A stretch of DNA of 63,032 nucleotides, the filler included, from Choristocarpus tenellus KU-1152 (taxonomy: Eukaryota > Protista > Phaeophyceae), in NCBI GenBank assembly GCA_964200185.2. It is 11 parts of 11 records of this genome, joined end to end, with 100 filler letters (N's around TTAATTAATTAA, not from the genome) between each part and the next. Parts side by side here need not be neighbours in the genome. Positions count along the whole stretch, not along the records: positions 49,577 to 59,208 come from CAXNAD020003517.1; positions 59,309 to 63,032 come from CAXNAD020018283.1; 9 more parts are not named here. One strand, given 5' to 3'. Numbering within the stretch: position 1 is the stretch's first letter; each line of letters begins with the position of its first letter. The notes under the pieces are model-generated. The model did not search any database. It worked only from the letters and a program-made list of their open reading frames with translations, and was not told where the DNA came from. The position numbers were made by a program, and so were the translations under genes. Positions 49,649 through 63,032 of the stretch are shown here, in pieces.

Positions 49649-51828
49649 AGAAAGATCCACCAGCCAACTTCTCCCCCCCCCAAGAAAAAAAACAGCTATC
49701 AAATCTACATGAAGGACCGCAAAAAGTCCAAGGAGGAGCATACTTCCTTACTCACAATCACGTACACATCAGAAAAATATCATATCAAGTGCCGTTCATT
49801 CACCAGCAACTCACATATAGTAACCACGACCAGTACCAAGGAGGGTATCCCCAACCAGATCCTATACCCAACCCCAGGCTACACAGAGAGCGCCACATGT
49901 GTATTTGATGATTGTGTTCACTCTACATGACGAGTTGGAACCAATTCGATCTCCCTAGTATTTCAGACATTGAGGAAGTGTTTGACCTCCATTCTCAATA
50001 CACCTTCACCATCTGTCTGAGTCTTCTGGAAGTGTTTTACAGAGTGCAAGTCCCACACGCCGGTTTCATAAACACTTGTATGAACTTGATATAGGAGGCT
50101 TATTCTGTAACTATTCTTAAACATAGAGAACTAGACCCTGACTATTTGACTCGGGTTTGGTTTTATATTTCTGGATCAAAACTAAAGAATGACCTACAGT
50201 CCAGAGCTGTAAGGGTAATCGTCAAGTCCTCTTCTTCTTGTGCATCTCTTGAGCCCAATATCACTCATATTGACTATAAAAAGTTACTAGAGCTTGGTTT
50301 GCAATAAATAAAAACCCCAGTTTCTAGGTGGGATCTTGAAATCTCAAGATCATCTTGGAAGCACTACCACCAGCCTTACAATTCGGTCCCCCCACCTCCC
50401 CCTACAGTTTCTTACCTGCAAGTTCCCCACACATGAAGTTCTTGGGCAAGGGAGCATATCATTGATACGCACCACGAAACCTGCAAAGAGCAGGCTCCGT
50501 TTGTATACAATTAGTTGCCTTGATTCTCTTGCATGCAGTTCTCACTAATGCATGCTTTGACAAGGGTAATCTGTACGTTTCCGCTTGCAGAGCCCAATGC
50601 AGACCTGGATACAAACCTAGTGTGTAGTGGTCTATATCGAGTGTGTACTAGAGTTAATATACTGACTCCGTTCGTGGCTTGGTTCTCATATATTGGGTTC
50701 AACCATCCACTGTTCATTGCTCTGCCTCCTTCCTCGAATCTTGTGTTGGTCTCAACCAGCGTCCCTTCGCAATGAAGTCTTGCCACCTCGTTCTTGGTCC
50801 AGCACTTAAATATGAAAAAATGGGCAGTGGGTAACATTCGATAATCGAAAATAGATTTGTTGATTATTCAAGTAATATAGTGAATGGTGAATTCGAAATC
50901 CATACAGGGAATAGCCACTATTAACCTCTGAGCATCTACGATGATATAAGTAGACCTTACAACTAAACATCTACAACTCAACATAAAATCATACAACATT
51001 ACATACAGCTCGGACGGTCGGACGGTCGCCCCAAAGTTACCTGTTCGAGGGGTAGTGGCTTCTCGGGGGTTGTACACGAGAGTGGAGCCACGTCTGTGGT
51101 GTTAAAGGAGATCGAAGGGGAGGACTCGCCATGTGTAGGTGATTAATAATGCTATGATTCCAGTGTAGATCCCTGGCCCGCAATTGTTTGGCGTACCTGA
51201 TCAGTAGACGATTCTGTGCACAGTGGCTTGTTTGCGATAAGTGTGTTGAGGAAGCGGAACGTGGTGTCTGAACTCAACAGAACCCCGGGAAATTGATTTC
51301 GTTTGACCAAAGGGTCTTGTATTTCGAGTCTGCTCTTTCACTATATGATTATACTCTCACTTTTGACAAAGGTGTGGATCGGTTGGTCGTGACCCTAATC
51401 CTGCTCTCATGTCAACTCTTGTTGACCGACCCTCACATTAAAGCAAAGTACGAACAAGTGTTACCTACCAGTACGGATCACTGGGAGATATATCTTGTGC
51501 AAATTCTTTCGATTTTACCCGATTTCCATAGGTTGATGACCGCAGCGAATGCTCGAGATGGTCCGTTCAGATTTCATGCCCAATCCTTACGTCCTTCACT
51601 ATCCACCTGAATATTCGATCATACCATATCTATTACCCTGTGATGAAGGTCAGCCCGACTAGAGTTGGTTAGATTATCTGGGAAGGGAGCTTTTCTGTTG
51701 CCCTGATTTCCAATCACTGATCGCCCTTTGGTCAATTGTCGCTCCGCCACTACGCTCCACTTGTACCTGCTGCGGATAGTTCCGCGCGCCACATAGGTCT
51801 CAAGGCAAAGCGTAGGTTGTGAGGAGAT

Positions 51829-53348
51829 ATGTTCGCGTCGCCTCTCTTCTGGCAGATACGGTACTTGGTCACCAATCTTACCAAAAAGAATCTCAAGAGC
51901 TCTATCGCTGAGCTCAACCAGGTTTGTGGTGTAATTCAACCTTACGTCCACCTCCTTTCCTTCTTCACCACCAGCAGCAAATTTGGACTGAGTATTTGTG
52001 CTTATTTCTTTTATAAAAGGGAGCGATACCACTGGGCTGCTCCTCGTGTCCATCTGCTTAATTTTTATAGTATCTGTGTTTCGTTTGTTTTGTGCCATTC
52101 CAGAATTTACCTCTCTTGTCTTGTTGTCACTGGAGCTACAGGTTGTACTATACATGCCGTGTTGTATTATGCAGTAAAATAGTCTGGGGAGACTGAACTA
52201 AATCCATGCTTTCCATCTACATTCCACTTCAAATTGCCCACTCTTTCCCCTTATCTGATTGGATTGCACGTAACGGAATGGATGTAAGACACTCGTTCTT
52301 ATATACCCTTCCTGAAGATTTCCTCCCATCCCTCTATCTGCGTCCCTCACACTTTCTGAACCTTTAATTTTTGTAGATATTTTATGGAGATTTCTTTGCC
52401 TCAGTCAGTTCTGTAGATAAAGTATCATTGAGAGTGCACCTGACCTTTAAATGATCAATTGGACTACAGCGCGCGAGTGAGCGGTTTTGCTTTGTAGAGA
52501 ATTTGCGATTTGACTAGTCCAGCACACGGACTTTGTTCCCTATGTATCATAGTTTGGTGATTGTGGATTTCAGAGTGTTGTTGCAGAAGAGATGAAAATG
52601 TGTTTCTGGTTATTTTTTTCCATGCCTCTCTCACCCCCTCTTCCGGTTGTGTCCCCTTTGTGGTATTTATGATGCTCTGTGCCATGCGAACGCTATACCC
52701 TTCCATCTCTGTCCTTCCCCGTCAGCTAATCGCCTTGTACGGTGAAGATGCGAGGCTGTTCCTCTTGCAGTGCCTGGTGGAAGAGACTGGGTTCAAAGAA
52801 CAAAAGGCGCACTCACACCACCCCGGCAAGGACGCACAGAAGGTGAGAGTCAATGTGAAATAGTACGGGCACTGAATCGAAATGCAATGATATGTTTTAG
52901 AAAAACGAACGAAGATATTCTTATAGTATATATGAACTTACAGTGTTTATATGGTTGGGGGAGTTACACTGTTTTCTGTTGCTTTGCTCTGATCTCTTAG
53001 GAGGTGCTTAATACTTGGAGTTGGTACAGAGAACGTATGTTGGTGTGGGGTATTGAGAGTAGTCGTCAAGACGAAAATGTCATGGTAGCGCTACAGACAG
53101 ATATGTGATCAGTACATGGAAGAGTGCATATATTTTTTAGAGGGAGTAGTCTGGTATTATTAATGCGTGCAGTGGGGTAAGGTTGAATAGTGACATTCAC
53201 GGCTTAACCTGGACAGTATTGTTCAAGATATTGTCAAACTGTTGTAGACTGCTGGTACTTTGTCATGAGAGAAATGGGTCAGAACAAAAAGGTGCTATTT
53301 GGTAGAGGGGGGGTGGGTGGAGGGGGGAAGGAAAAAAAGGGGGTTGTG

Positions 53349-53380
<32 letters not shown>

Positions 53381-56300
53381 GGGATTTTTGGCATTACTCC
53401 TTGATAAAGATATATATATATATATATATATGTATTCACACACTTGGAGCAGTGTGGTGGTGAATGAGCTCTTCCGAGGACCATTGCAGTTTGTGTGTTG
53501 TGAATACTTCTGTGTATGAAACTAGAGATTGCTGGAGTGTGTGTTTGAAATGTTACGTTTGTTGTACTATAAAGCGAGTTAGACATTGTTGATGCCACAG
53601 TCGTAAACTTGACGGCCTTGCACACTCACGTTGCCTGTGTAAGATTAACTGCCCTCATCTGATTCTTCTGTCAACTCGTTTGCCCTTTCTGTTTTAAGTT
53701 GTGGCAAATGAATTTGACATGATACCAGTTGGGAGAGGAAAATATTGTACCCAATGCAGGATATGAAGTAAGGATTCTGGGAACTATCCACTGTCACGAT
53801 GTTTTGTACTTTGATGTAAAGTGCTGCGATACAGGAAAATGGCCCCAAGAAATGTCCGTGAAATCATCAGAATGACTGTCACTTGGGGAACACATGAGAA
53901 TGATCTAAGAGCTGAAAATTGATGTTTATTCGTGCAACATTCTGTTGCATTGGGTCTGCCGTTGGTTGTATTCCTTGTTGTATGTTTTGACTGTGTTGAT
54001 ATTTGTTTGTTTCAGGGTCAAGGACTCCCCCCTTCAATAGCTGCCCGTTCAGTATCAACTCATTTGAATGACACCATCGATGCATCACTGGATGCTTTGA
54101 TGCACCCTCAATTGAGACTTGAGGCACCCAATGTTTACTTTTCCATGTCAAATACCCGTATCTTTTCTTGACAAAGCTTCCAATGAGGTTCAGTGCTTTT
54201 GTAGGCCTTCTTGTTGCTGTCAAAATTTGTCTTGAGTTGCCTTTTCATGATTAGGATCTTCTCCAGTAGGATTTTTTTTTTGTGTTTCTCAAAAGTTTTT
54301 TGTTTTGAGTTGTTGGTTACTCCGATGTATGTCAACGTCTCAGGTACACCAACCATTGTGGTTTTCGAAGGATTTTAGATAAATCAACAGATGGAGCTCC
54401 CTGTGTGCCCCTTGTGTTGAACTCTATTTATTATTGGTGCCTTGATTTGACTGATGAAAGTTGCGGCATATGTGCTCAGTGAATTTTTCCCTCTACCCTC
54501 CAAACTGCCTATCCCTATCAGTTAGTCTTGCTCTCATCCTTGTTCAGTATTAAATGAACCAATAAATCATTTTCTCCCTCTCTCCCCACTCCCCACTACC
54601 CTCTTCAGAACCACATGTACCATGAGCTAGTACCTCCCTTTTCTGCCTTTCCCATTGCATCTCTGGACCTGTACCCCTCTGCCCTCTGGCAGATCCAATT
54701 GCTTCAGCTCGAAGTAGCACAGGCGACGGCGGAGCCCAACTTTGTGACTGCAGTTTGTCGTGCCCTGGAGGGCTCTGCAGCCGGTGTGGAAAAAGACAAC
54801 AGGGCTGAAGCACACACTAGGCACACGGGGAGGGGGGGAGGACAGAGTCACCAGCAAGGACCTCACCGGATCACTGAGGAGTTTTTGTCAGGTAATGGTG
54901 TTTCGTTTCTATGGCCTTTGTCCCCTGTTTGCATATTCTACAAGTACTGATTTGTTTACCAAAGTCCCAGTATTGTTAGAAGTGCTTTTTTTTTGTCTCG
55001 GTTTATGTAGGTGCAAATGCATACGTATATGTTTTGTTCTGTTCTGTATGAGCTTGTGTAATTGTTCGTTGGTACATTGGACAAGGCACTTTTGTTGAGA
55101 GTAAGGAACCTGTTTGTGCATGAATTCTTCCCAGAGCACTTTAGTGCTTTAGAGCCCAACGAGAACCCAGTGTTGTGACATAGTGTCTCTTTCTCTGTGC
55201 TCAGAGTGATGTCTTTTTCGTTCAGGTCATGTACCTTTTCTACTCCCTGACTCACACACATCATTCTAAAAAAATCATACACTGTGCGTGATTGATACAA
55301 TGGTGTTCATTCCCTTGTTTTCCCCCCTCTCATTCCCCCCTGATCCAACTGTGTGTGTAGGTTTCTGCCGGTCGCTGAAGCTTTCCCCACCTCAGCAAGT
55401 CGCGGTTGCGCTCGGATTGGCGCGTTCACAGAACCCTTTTGTTTCTAAGGAGGGGGTCAAGTTCCTGATTGCTAGGGTGCCCGGGCTTGCAGGGGGGGGA
55501 GGGCATCTCAGTGCAGAGGCATTGCATTCGCTTGTGGAGCTTGTGAATTTGAACGAGGACGTTGTCTCGCAGGTACTTTGACATTATCGTCTACAATACT
55601 CTTGAAAATGGATCTTACTCACCCTGCACCCAACGGCACTTAGGATGATGTTTCTTAGGGTGTTCCAGGGATGAGGAGGCTTGTATGTATCACTTTTGTT
55701 GGCGCGGTGCTCTGTAGCTCCTGTATTTTTGGTGTTGTTATGGTTTGTGATGGATACTACCTGGGTGGGGGTTGACAGCGGGTTATTGAAAAGCTGGGTA
55801 TAGGGTTTGAGTTGGAAGAGGATATATTTTCTGTTGATGTGTGTATGGTGGTGTTAGTTGTAGGACAGATGACCTTTTATTTGGTATGTTCTAGGTTTGC
55901 CTTTTTGAATTTAGTTGGCAAGCACTCTGCTGTTGGTGTCCGTTCTCTTATCCACATGTCAGTGGCATTTCATCTTGAAATATCTGTGAGGGTATTGGAT
56001 GTGGATCAAACAAATGAGAGTCAACATATCTCATCCTTAGCATGTACAGGTCCCATTTTTTTCATGTTGTATCTTGGCCGAACATGAATCTGGTCCACTG
56101 TCACTCCATGGGCTTGATGACTAGAGTCCCCTTTTCCCCACCCTCACCCCCCACCCCTCTTTTGCGCTTGCCAGCCACATCTCGCTAAGGGGCTGCTTCA
56201 TCAGATACGTGAGGCTCATCAAGAGCTAGCTCAGCTAGCGTTTGGGCACGAGATAGAAGGGGATACAGGAGGAGGGCAGGGAGTGGGGAGGGTAGACACT

Positions 56301-59073
56301 GGGGGAGGCCCAGGTGGTGGCAGTGTGGGAGGGGGAGGGGGGTCTGTAGCAACAGCTCCTGGTTCAGGATCGGATTCAGCATTCCTAGAGGCTGAGGCGT
56401 TGGCTCTTGTGCCATTATTTGTGGAGCATACGTCCGAGATGAATTATCTCAATCAGACAGGTGGAGCAGCTTCGTTGGCAGCAGATGTGGCAGGCATAGC
56501 TTCGAGCATTGGACGTGGGGGCAACCTGTCCCTTTTCTTGCGGGATCTGGGGCACACATGCTGTTCAAATGCACCCACATTGCGTCAGGCCATTCGGGTG
56601 CGAGATTGGATGTGCTTATTTTGTGTCGTGGTTTTGGGTCCTCTTTTTGTGGTGGGATGTGGCAATGGAGGGAGGGATGAAATGTGGAAGGTGACAGTTT
56701 TGAACAATATGAGGATGTTTGTGTGCACTTGAGTGGGGGCAAGAGTTGGTTGAATGTTCCTCACCCAAAGAGATTGTAGTGCTGAAATCTAAGGCTGAGA
56801 TAAGTTGATAAGGTTTTTGAGTGCTTGATATGTTTTGAGACTTCCAGTTTAGGAGGAAGTGAGAATCGAGAATTCAAGGAAAGAGGGATGGCGAAGGTAT
56901 GGGTGAAAGAGGAGGAGCTGAGGTGGGGATGAGGGTGGGGGTGCAGATGTGGTTGCTGGAGTAGTTTTATGAGGTTGTTGCTCTTGATCTTTGATTTCCT
57001 GCCCCTAAATGCAATGTAACTCGTGTTTGATACACACCTAATCCTTCCACTCTTGCTGCCTTTCTTGTTCTCGTGGGTTGACAGGAGAGTGGCCTCATGG
57101 TTGATGAGCGCCAGGTGGCGCAGCTGATCACCATGTTAGCAAACAACTGCAGGGGAGGTGGAGGGGAAGATGGAGAACTGTCTTCAGCGTTGACTAACAG
57201 CTTGTTTTCCTCTGGCGAAGGGCAGGCACAGGTGCTTGCTGCTGAGGATTTTTTTTTTTCCTTCTTGAACTTGCACTCTTCTAACCCCTCCCCTCCCTGC
57301 CATATTTTTTTTTAGGGTTTTGGTTCAGTGCCGAAAGTCTAAGAAGGAAACTGTGTGTTATGGTGTTTGTGTAAGTAATTTGTATCGCTTGTGGTAAATG
57401 CGTAGTGCCGTACTACTCTGTTCTCTGCTGATTTCTGAGTTGTTGGAAAGTGGGAAATGTCCGAATCTGTTTGCTGCTCGACTAAAGTGAAGTCCCTATT
57501 TAAACCCTTCTCCCCAACCATATGTGGTACACGATTGGATTACTGAGTACGTATTGTATGGTTATTGTTTGGATAGTATGTGATGATGAGAAGATGCCCT
57601 GGGCGTTGTTTACAGACAGCATCTTGGTAGTTTTGAGCACCCCCCCCCTCCCTTCCCACCCCGTTTTGCTGTGTTGTTGTCCATTGCCATTTTATATGGT
57701 CTTCCAAGTCATATCCTGTGGCCCCTTTTGATCACCCTTTTGTTGTTACCCAGGGGGTGGCAAATGCTGGCAGAGATGGAGGAGGGCCCGGAGGTGCGGG
57801 GCAAGGGCAAGGCCTGTGGAACCTGGAGGTTGTCAAGCAGGTGCTTGCTGAAGACTACAGTAAACATCTTGATTGGGCAGCGGTTGCCATGGCTTTTGAC
57901 CATGACGATTTCTACATCCCAGATCAGGTGTGCTTGGTGTTACTGTGTGTGTTGCGCGTGGGAGTGCAAAAGGCTCGGTGTAGTAAATGACATGAGACCT
58001 TAGGGTGGTTTTGCTCAGTGTCTGATTTGGTTTGGTGTTGCTGCTGCTGTTGCTTTGTTGGTTGTGTTTGTTGTTTGAGTACAGTTTGACTACGCTTATT
58101 TTCCTACACCTGCTTGCAGTTATGCCAATGATTTGCTTGTGGCTGAACATGTGAGGTCGGAGTGTTTTCCCTTAACCTCTCCAGTTGGAACGTGTTTTGT
58201 GTTACTAGTTTAATCTATTTCTATTCTTCTGTTGTGTTGTTCAGTTTCCCCCCTTACCCCCCTAACCTACCCACTTCTCGCTTCTCATGTTTTTCTCCTT
58301 TAGAATGCGTTCCTGGTGCTCCTGGCACTGTTCCGTAGTGGGGCCGGGCGCGAGATTCCCCTCGAGCGATTTTTCATGCGCTGGAGGAACCGCAGGGGTC
58401 AGCTGTCACTTCTAAGGGCTTCCATCTCAACTTCACCCCAGGCTTTCTCTTTCGCCTCATCTCCGACAAAGCAGACACCCCTGGAAGGCGTGGATCCCTC
58501 TGCGGCTACGCCCAATGGTGCGTGGCTGAGTCTGGACCTTGTTGCCACTTTGCTGTCACTGGCAGGGGATGCGGAGCTTTATGCGCAGGTATGCCTTTGT
58601 GTGTGTGCGTGCGTGTGTGCGTGCATGTGTGAGCGTGTTTTCGTGTTCATTTTAGGGTGAGAGACGTTCTAAATTTAGTCACCTTTTTGCTCGTAGGTTT
58701 GGATGTTATCTCCTCATTTCTCTTTCGGACTCTAGTTTCTGCTTCTTCCTCCTGCACCCCCGTCCTCCTTTTTGTACCCACCTCTTGGATTATGAACTGT
58801 GTGGAATCTGATCAGGTGCGCGATGTAGTCCTCAAGTCAGCTGTGCAATGCCCGGAGATGTTGCTGTTGGCGCTTGCAGCGTTCCCAGTTGATGTTGGGG
58901 GTAACTTGCGTGCAGAGATGCTCTCTCGACTGCTGCCACTTTACTTCCGACCAAACAGAAACCCACATGCAGCGACACTGATTCGGAGGCTTTGGCAGAT
59001 CAACCGCCGTCTAGTTGTGGAGAGCTGTGTCAAGTCCTTCAATATGGACAGCACCCTGCCCAGTGTGGTTTAT
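51829..59073 (+). CDS. CNOT1: CCR4-NOT complex subunit 1, N-terminal 9 exons (3' truncated by contig end)
   Basis: Exons 51829-51921, 52726-52842, 54693-54891, 55361-55572, 56175-56597, 57085-57231, 57754-57927, 58304-58588, 58816-59073, all GT-AG and in phase. QIRYLVTNLTKKN..S..EL..L...YG.DA..FLL.CL, PNF, WNLEV, LDW..V...FDH..F, W.N..GQLS, AWLSLDLV and CPE.LLLAL are NOT1 N-terminal motifs. Confidence 0.95.
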
Positions 59074-59167
59074 GTGAGTCAATTTGTGGGTTTTGATTTG
59101 TTGATTTTATGATCAGGGAGGTGCGCATGAAAGGGGGGGGTAGGGGAGGACTTTCTTTTATGACGGT

Positions 59168-59200
<33 letters not shown>

Positions 59201-59369
59201 CTTTCTACNNNNNNNNNNNNNNNNNNNNNNNNNNNNNNNNNNNNNNNNNNNNTTAATTAATTAANNNNNNNNNNNNNNNNNNNNNNNNNNNNNNNNNNNN
59301 NNNNNNNNTTGGTGTGTTGTGGGTGGTGGTGGGTGGCTGTTGGTGCTTGGCGGGAGGGGGGGGGGGGGG

Positions 59370-59420
<51 letters not shown>

Positions 59421-61169
59421 AAAGTACACAGAGGAAGTGGAAGGGGAGAAAGAGAATGGGAAAATAGATGATGACAGGGTGGTGGAGGTTTAGAAGAGTT
59501 AGAAAGAGGAGACTGACTATTGGAAGGCAGGGGGTGTACATTGCATGGTAGGGGGAGAAGGGGTTCTCAATTTAAGGTATTTTGACTTTTGATGGGTGTT
59601 GCAATTTTTCATAGGTGGCATGGATGTTGAGTACTCTGGATTGACGGAGGTAAATGCGCTTATATTCTATATGTACTCCCTCTGTCCATTTAGCCTGTTC
59701 TTTTATGCATGTATTTCTTTGGGATGACCTCCGGTTTCAAAAACGGATTTTTGTGTTGGATTCCTCGGAAAATTTAATGTAAGGTGAGTTATATTTGAAA
59801 AAATAAATCCCGAAAATGTTGTGAAAATATGGAACAGAGGTTAGGCGGGCACACAGGCCCACAAGAAGGCACTGAATTGGTGGATTGATGGCGTTGACTG
59901 AAAGCGAGAAAATGTTTTCTAATGAAAAAAAAACGTCAAGAAATCCAACGCAAGAAATTATTTTCGAAATCGGAGGTCGTCTCAAAGAGGTACACATGCA
60001 TAAAGGAACAGTCTTACGGGACAGAGGGAGTATATACATTTCAGTTTAGCAGAAGTCTCTGAAAGAACACCGACCGTAGTAGTAGTATGCTCTTTGTACT
60101 GATATGGAGCATTGCCACGCACGCATTTTGAGTATGTTACATCTACTCTTGATGTTTGTCCAAGGAACTTTCGATGCCTACTATTTCTTATAGGTCTGGG
60201 AGAATTGTAAATATGACTTGATATGAAATACTGCAAGAAATATGGCCACAACCATTTTTAAAGGTTTTGTTCAGCATCGACGTAGTAAAAGTGGTGTCTT
60301 TGGGACTTGACAGCAATTTCATCAGCATCACGTTTCCGATTTCAATGTGGAGCTTCCAATCTCTCCAGACATGTGGGAAAGAGGAGTGTTAAGAGTTTTA
60401 GGGGAAATACTCAAAATGGATTATGAATACTTAGTTGCACTAACATTTTTTCCCACTAATTGGGAGCTGTGTGTGTGTCGAAGAGGTTAAATTAAATGCC
60501 TAACTATGTACAATTGAGTGCATAGGAAAGATTTATTAGGGTGCCTGTAGGATGGAATTCTCACACGGGATATGTGTAAATTCCCCATATACCCTCCAAG
60601 GTGATGGATAATCCTTTTCAAGGTATAGTTTGAATGGGTGATGGCACAAAGAACGCTCTCAGGACAGACAAAATTTGTTATCTGAATAATTACATGCTGC
60701 CAATCTCTGGCTTTTCCTCAAAAGCTGAGTGCACATGTGTGTAGGAGGAGAAACCATTCGACATTCATATTACATCCAAAGGTAAGAAGGTGACCTATTT
60801 GCATACTTAACATCTATCATGTTCTATGTGAATCTGCAAGCAAGATGTACTTGTACCCAACGTCTGCGGTGTATAACTTGAGCAGATACGATTTTATTAC
60901 TTTTCTGTTAAAGTGGGGATGGCAATACACACTAACCTCTCAAAAGTGGATGCAAGAAATGAAAACACCACTCCTTCGCCTCAAGAAAACAAAGGAGCTT
61001 TTCTTCAGTCCAGGCAGCTAGCAGGGCTGAGATCTGGGTCTTGATCAGACATATTGAGACAGTCGGCAACCATGAACCAGCCCAGTTAAAGGATAAAAAC
61101 ATATTGGTACCAAGTCAACCCCTGGCCTGACCTTTAAACAGTTGATGATCATGGACTGGTCATATCAAA

Positions 61170-61330
61170 ACATATTCATACTGAACTGGGTTCCTGGTCC
61201 AACCTTTTTGAAATAGTTGACAGTCATGAACAAAATCTGAGATGAAAATATTGCGCAAAAATCCCCAAGTAGGTTTGCCTTATTTGAGGAAAACAAAGCT
61301 ACAGACTGAACTATAGAAATTATTCGAGTC
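61170..61330 (+). mobile_element. Possible Helitron RepHel remnant
   Basis: ILNWVPGPTFLK*LTV...FALFEEN resembles the Helitron pattern LL..V.GPTSF..L.TV...GLLE.D; multiple stops. Confidence 0.25.
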
Positions 61331-62438
61331 CAGTATAAGATTTGAAGGAGGAGGCAGAGCAACAAGTGGTAGGATGGCTGAACCCAACACGCAAGGAGCA
61401 AGGTGTAAACAGAGGCGGTACCATTAGTTGTAGTGCTACTGTTACATTATTTAGTATGAAAAGTTGTGTAATGTATTTTGCCTCTGACTACGGGATGGGA
61501 TAGTCCGTGGGCCAAATTGAAGAAATGATGTACTATTCAACCCTATCCTGTCTGGTGCCTGCTGTGAACACAACAGTACAGGAATGATGATTTGCCACTA
61601 AGAAATCGGGTTGCCGTTTAGTCAGCAGTACAATATCTTGAGTTTTGTCATTGAGCAGCAGCCTGCCCCCCAAAAAGATCCCAGCAGTGAACAATGGATG
61701 CTTGTACAACCTTGATCCGACTTGCATCTGTAGGTACTAGAGGAAGTTTTCTTGGAGGATATATGCAATCTCCAACTTGTTCATTGGTTTTGGGAGAAGG
61801 AGGTTGGCTTGTGTTCATCTCCTGTGATATCACATGATCAGGTCATGATTACCTACTATATCATTTGAATTGCTTGCCTGATGACCAATTGGGAAGCAAC
61901 TTCACCAGCCTTGTAGCAGGTATTCCCCAACATAACACAACACAAGGGAATGCACAGTAGGTCATGATGCAAGAGCGAATTTTTACAGTATGGGAAACAG
62001 TATATTCAAATTACTCCAGATATGTGTGACCGATATCAGCCCAAAGAGTAAACATGCGCTGATGTGCGTGACTTCTGAACTGTTGTGTGTTCCCTTGTCT
62101 TGTTTTCCAATATATTTTTTAAGAATGACCTGTCATTCACATGGACTCATGACTGCCTCCAGCGGTACAGCTGTTTGTATGCATGAAGGCATATTTTGAG
62201 TTTGTTTCAACTTTGCTGAGTGCATGATGGCATTGGGGTATCGTGCTCCCTACTAAACAGGAGATTTTTTTCCCCATTTTCTCTTATTTGCTGCTTGTAC
62301 TGATGCTGAAAGCTTCCTACACACACACACACACACACAAACGATACATCTCTCCCAGAGTGTTTGCCACTGTGGCAGGGAATGGACGTTGTGTTTCCAT
62401 GGTGTCATTAACAATCTGTGTTACCTCATCTCGTATAG

Positions 62439-62730
62439 GAAGATCTCGACCCGGACTTCAACGCCGACATAAGTGATGATGAGCAGGATGATGAAAATCT
62501 TCCCAAGGATGTGAACAACCAAGCTCTTCGTCAGGATCTGCTCTGTGTGGGTGGTGGAGTGAGGGCTGCGGCAGGGTTAGGAGCAAGAGCCGAGGCCATG
62601 GATGGAGTAAAGTTAAAGCAAGTTGTACGTGTTGGGGTGGCATGCTTGGTTGGAAGTCCACGATGGTCTGGCTGTGTACTTGTGGGTGTCCGTAAGGGGT
62701 CACATGGGGCAGGGACTCTGGCTTTGCCAG
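62439..62730 (+). CDS. NUDT15: NUDT15/MTH2-like Nudix hydrolase exon with acidic N-terminal linker (partial)
   Basis: TAG acceptor at 62436-62438, open frame EDLDPDFNADISDDEQDDE...VRVGVACLV..P...GCVLVGVRKGSHGAGTLALPG, then a GTGAG donor at 62731. RKGS.GAG..ALPG precedes the Nudix box in NUDT15 and plant NUDX1. Confidence 0.85.
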
Positions 62731-63032
62731 GTGAGAGGAGAATTTTTTTGCTATGTCACGAGCAGGTATATGCTAACCCTATTTGGATACTCAGTGATTG
62801 CACACTAAGACTCAGCCGTTTGGGACTTGCATGTGAGAATGTGCAATGGTGTATACGTGAATACATATATTATAACAAGAGTGGAGCTAAATCTGCAACC
62901 AACATATCACCCAGTACACTGTGCTGTGAAGGAAGAAGATATCTGTTTTCTGAATAGTAGGAACCCGGCCCCCGGCCGCCCCGCCACGCATTCCCGACGG
63001 CACGAACCGCGTGCAGCTCCGGCTTCCAAGGA

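Noticed and set aside
49700-50850. Decayed coding-like stretch upstream of CNOT1
   Set aside because: No recognisable domain in the frames I read; cannot be classified without a search.
53263-53625. Poly-Pro and poly-Gly ORFs in CNOT1 intron 2 (also 40996-41358, 59257-59541)
   Set aside because: Translations of G/C homopolymer runs without splice or motif support.
8473-59308. Repeated N44-TTAATTAATTAA-N44 blocks, and any gene cluster spanning them
   Set aside because: Artificial six-frame-stop linkers between contigs; adjacency of genes across them is not biological.

Overview
Eukaryotic, intron-rich, repeat-rich DNA. It is not one locus: 11 short contigs are joined by ten artificial 100-bp spacers (44 N + TTAATTAATTAA, stops in all six frames, + 44 N), so neighbourhood across spacers means nothing. 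TTAGGG motifs, many long GT-AG introns and the gene set suggest a stramenopile alga such as a brown alga or relative (inference only). Spliced genes reconstructed by hand: a complete 6-exon CWC25; partial myosin motor domain; histidine acid phosphatase; kinesin-5-like tail with a BimC box; P5A-type ATPase (ATP13A1/Spf1-like); a Cys-rich GCC2/GCC3-repeat protein; nine N-terminal exons of CNOT1; and a NUDT15-like Nudix domain apparently fused to an upstream region. Mobile DNA: a decayed full-length Ty1/copia element with LTRs and a degenerate TSD, other copia fragments, a hAT fragment, and a poly-G/TIR MITE family found at seven contig ends. There is also a pseudo-tRNA-Phe and many mini- and microsatellites. 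I found no convincing novel multi-gene system. The best leads are an intronic pre-miRNA-like hairpin, a perfect 22-nt antisense copy of a myosin exon in the adjacent intron, a 178-bp dimeric satellite built from palindromic monomers, telomere/branch-point hybrid arrays in introns, and the Nudix fusion.
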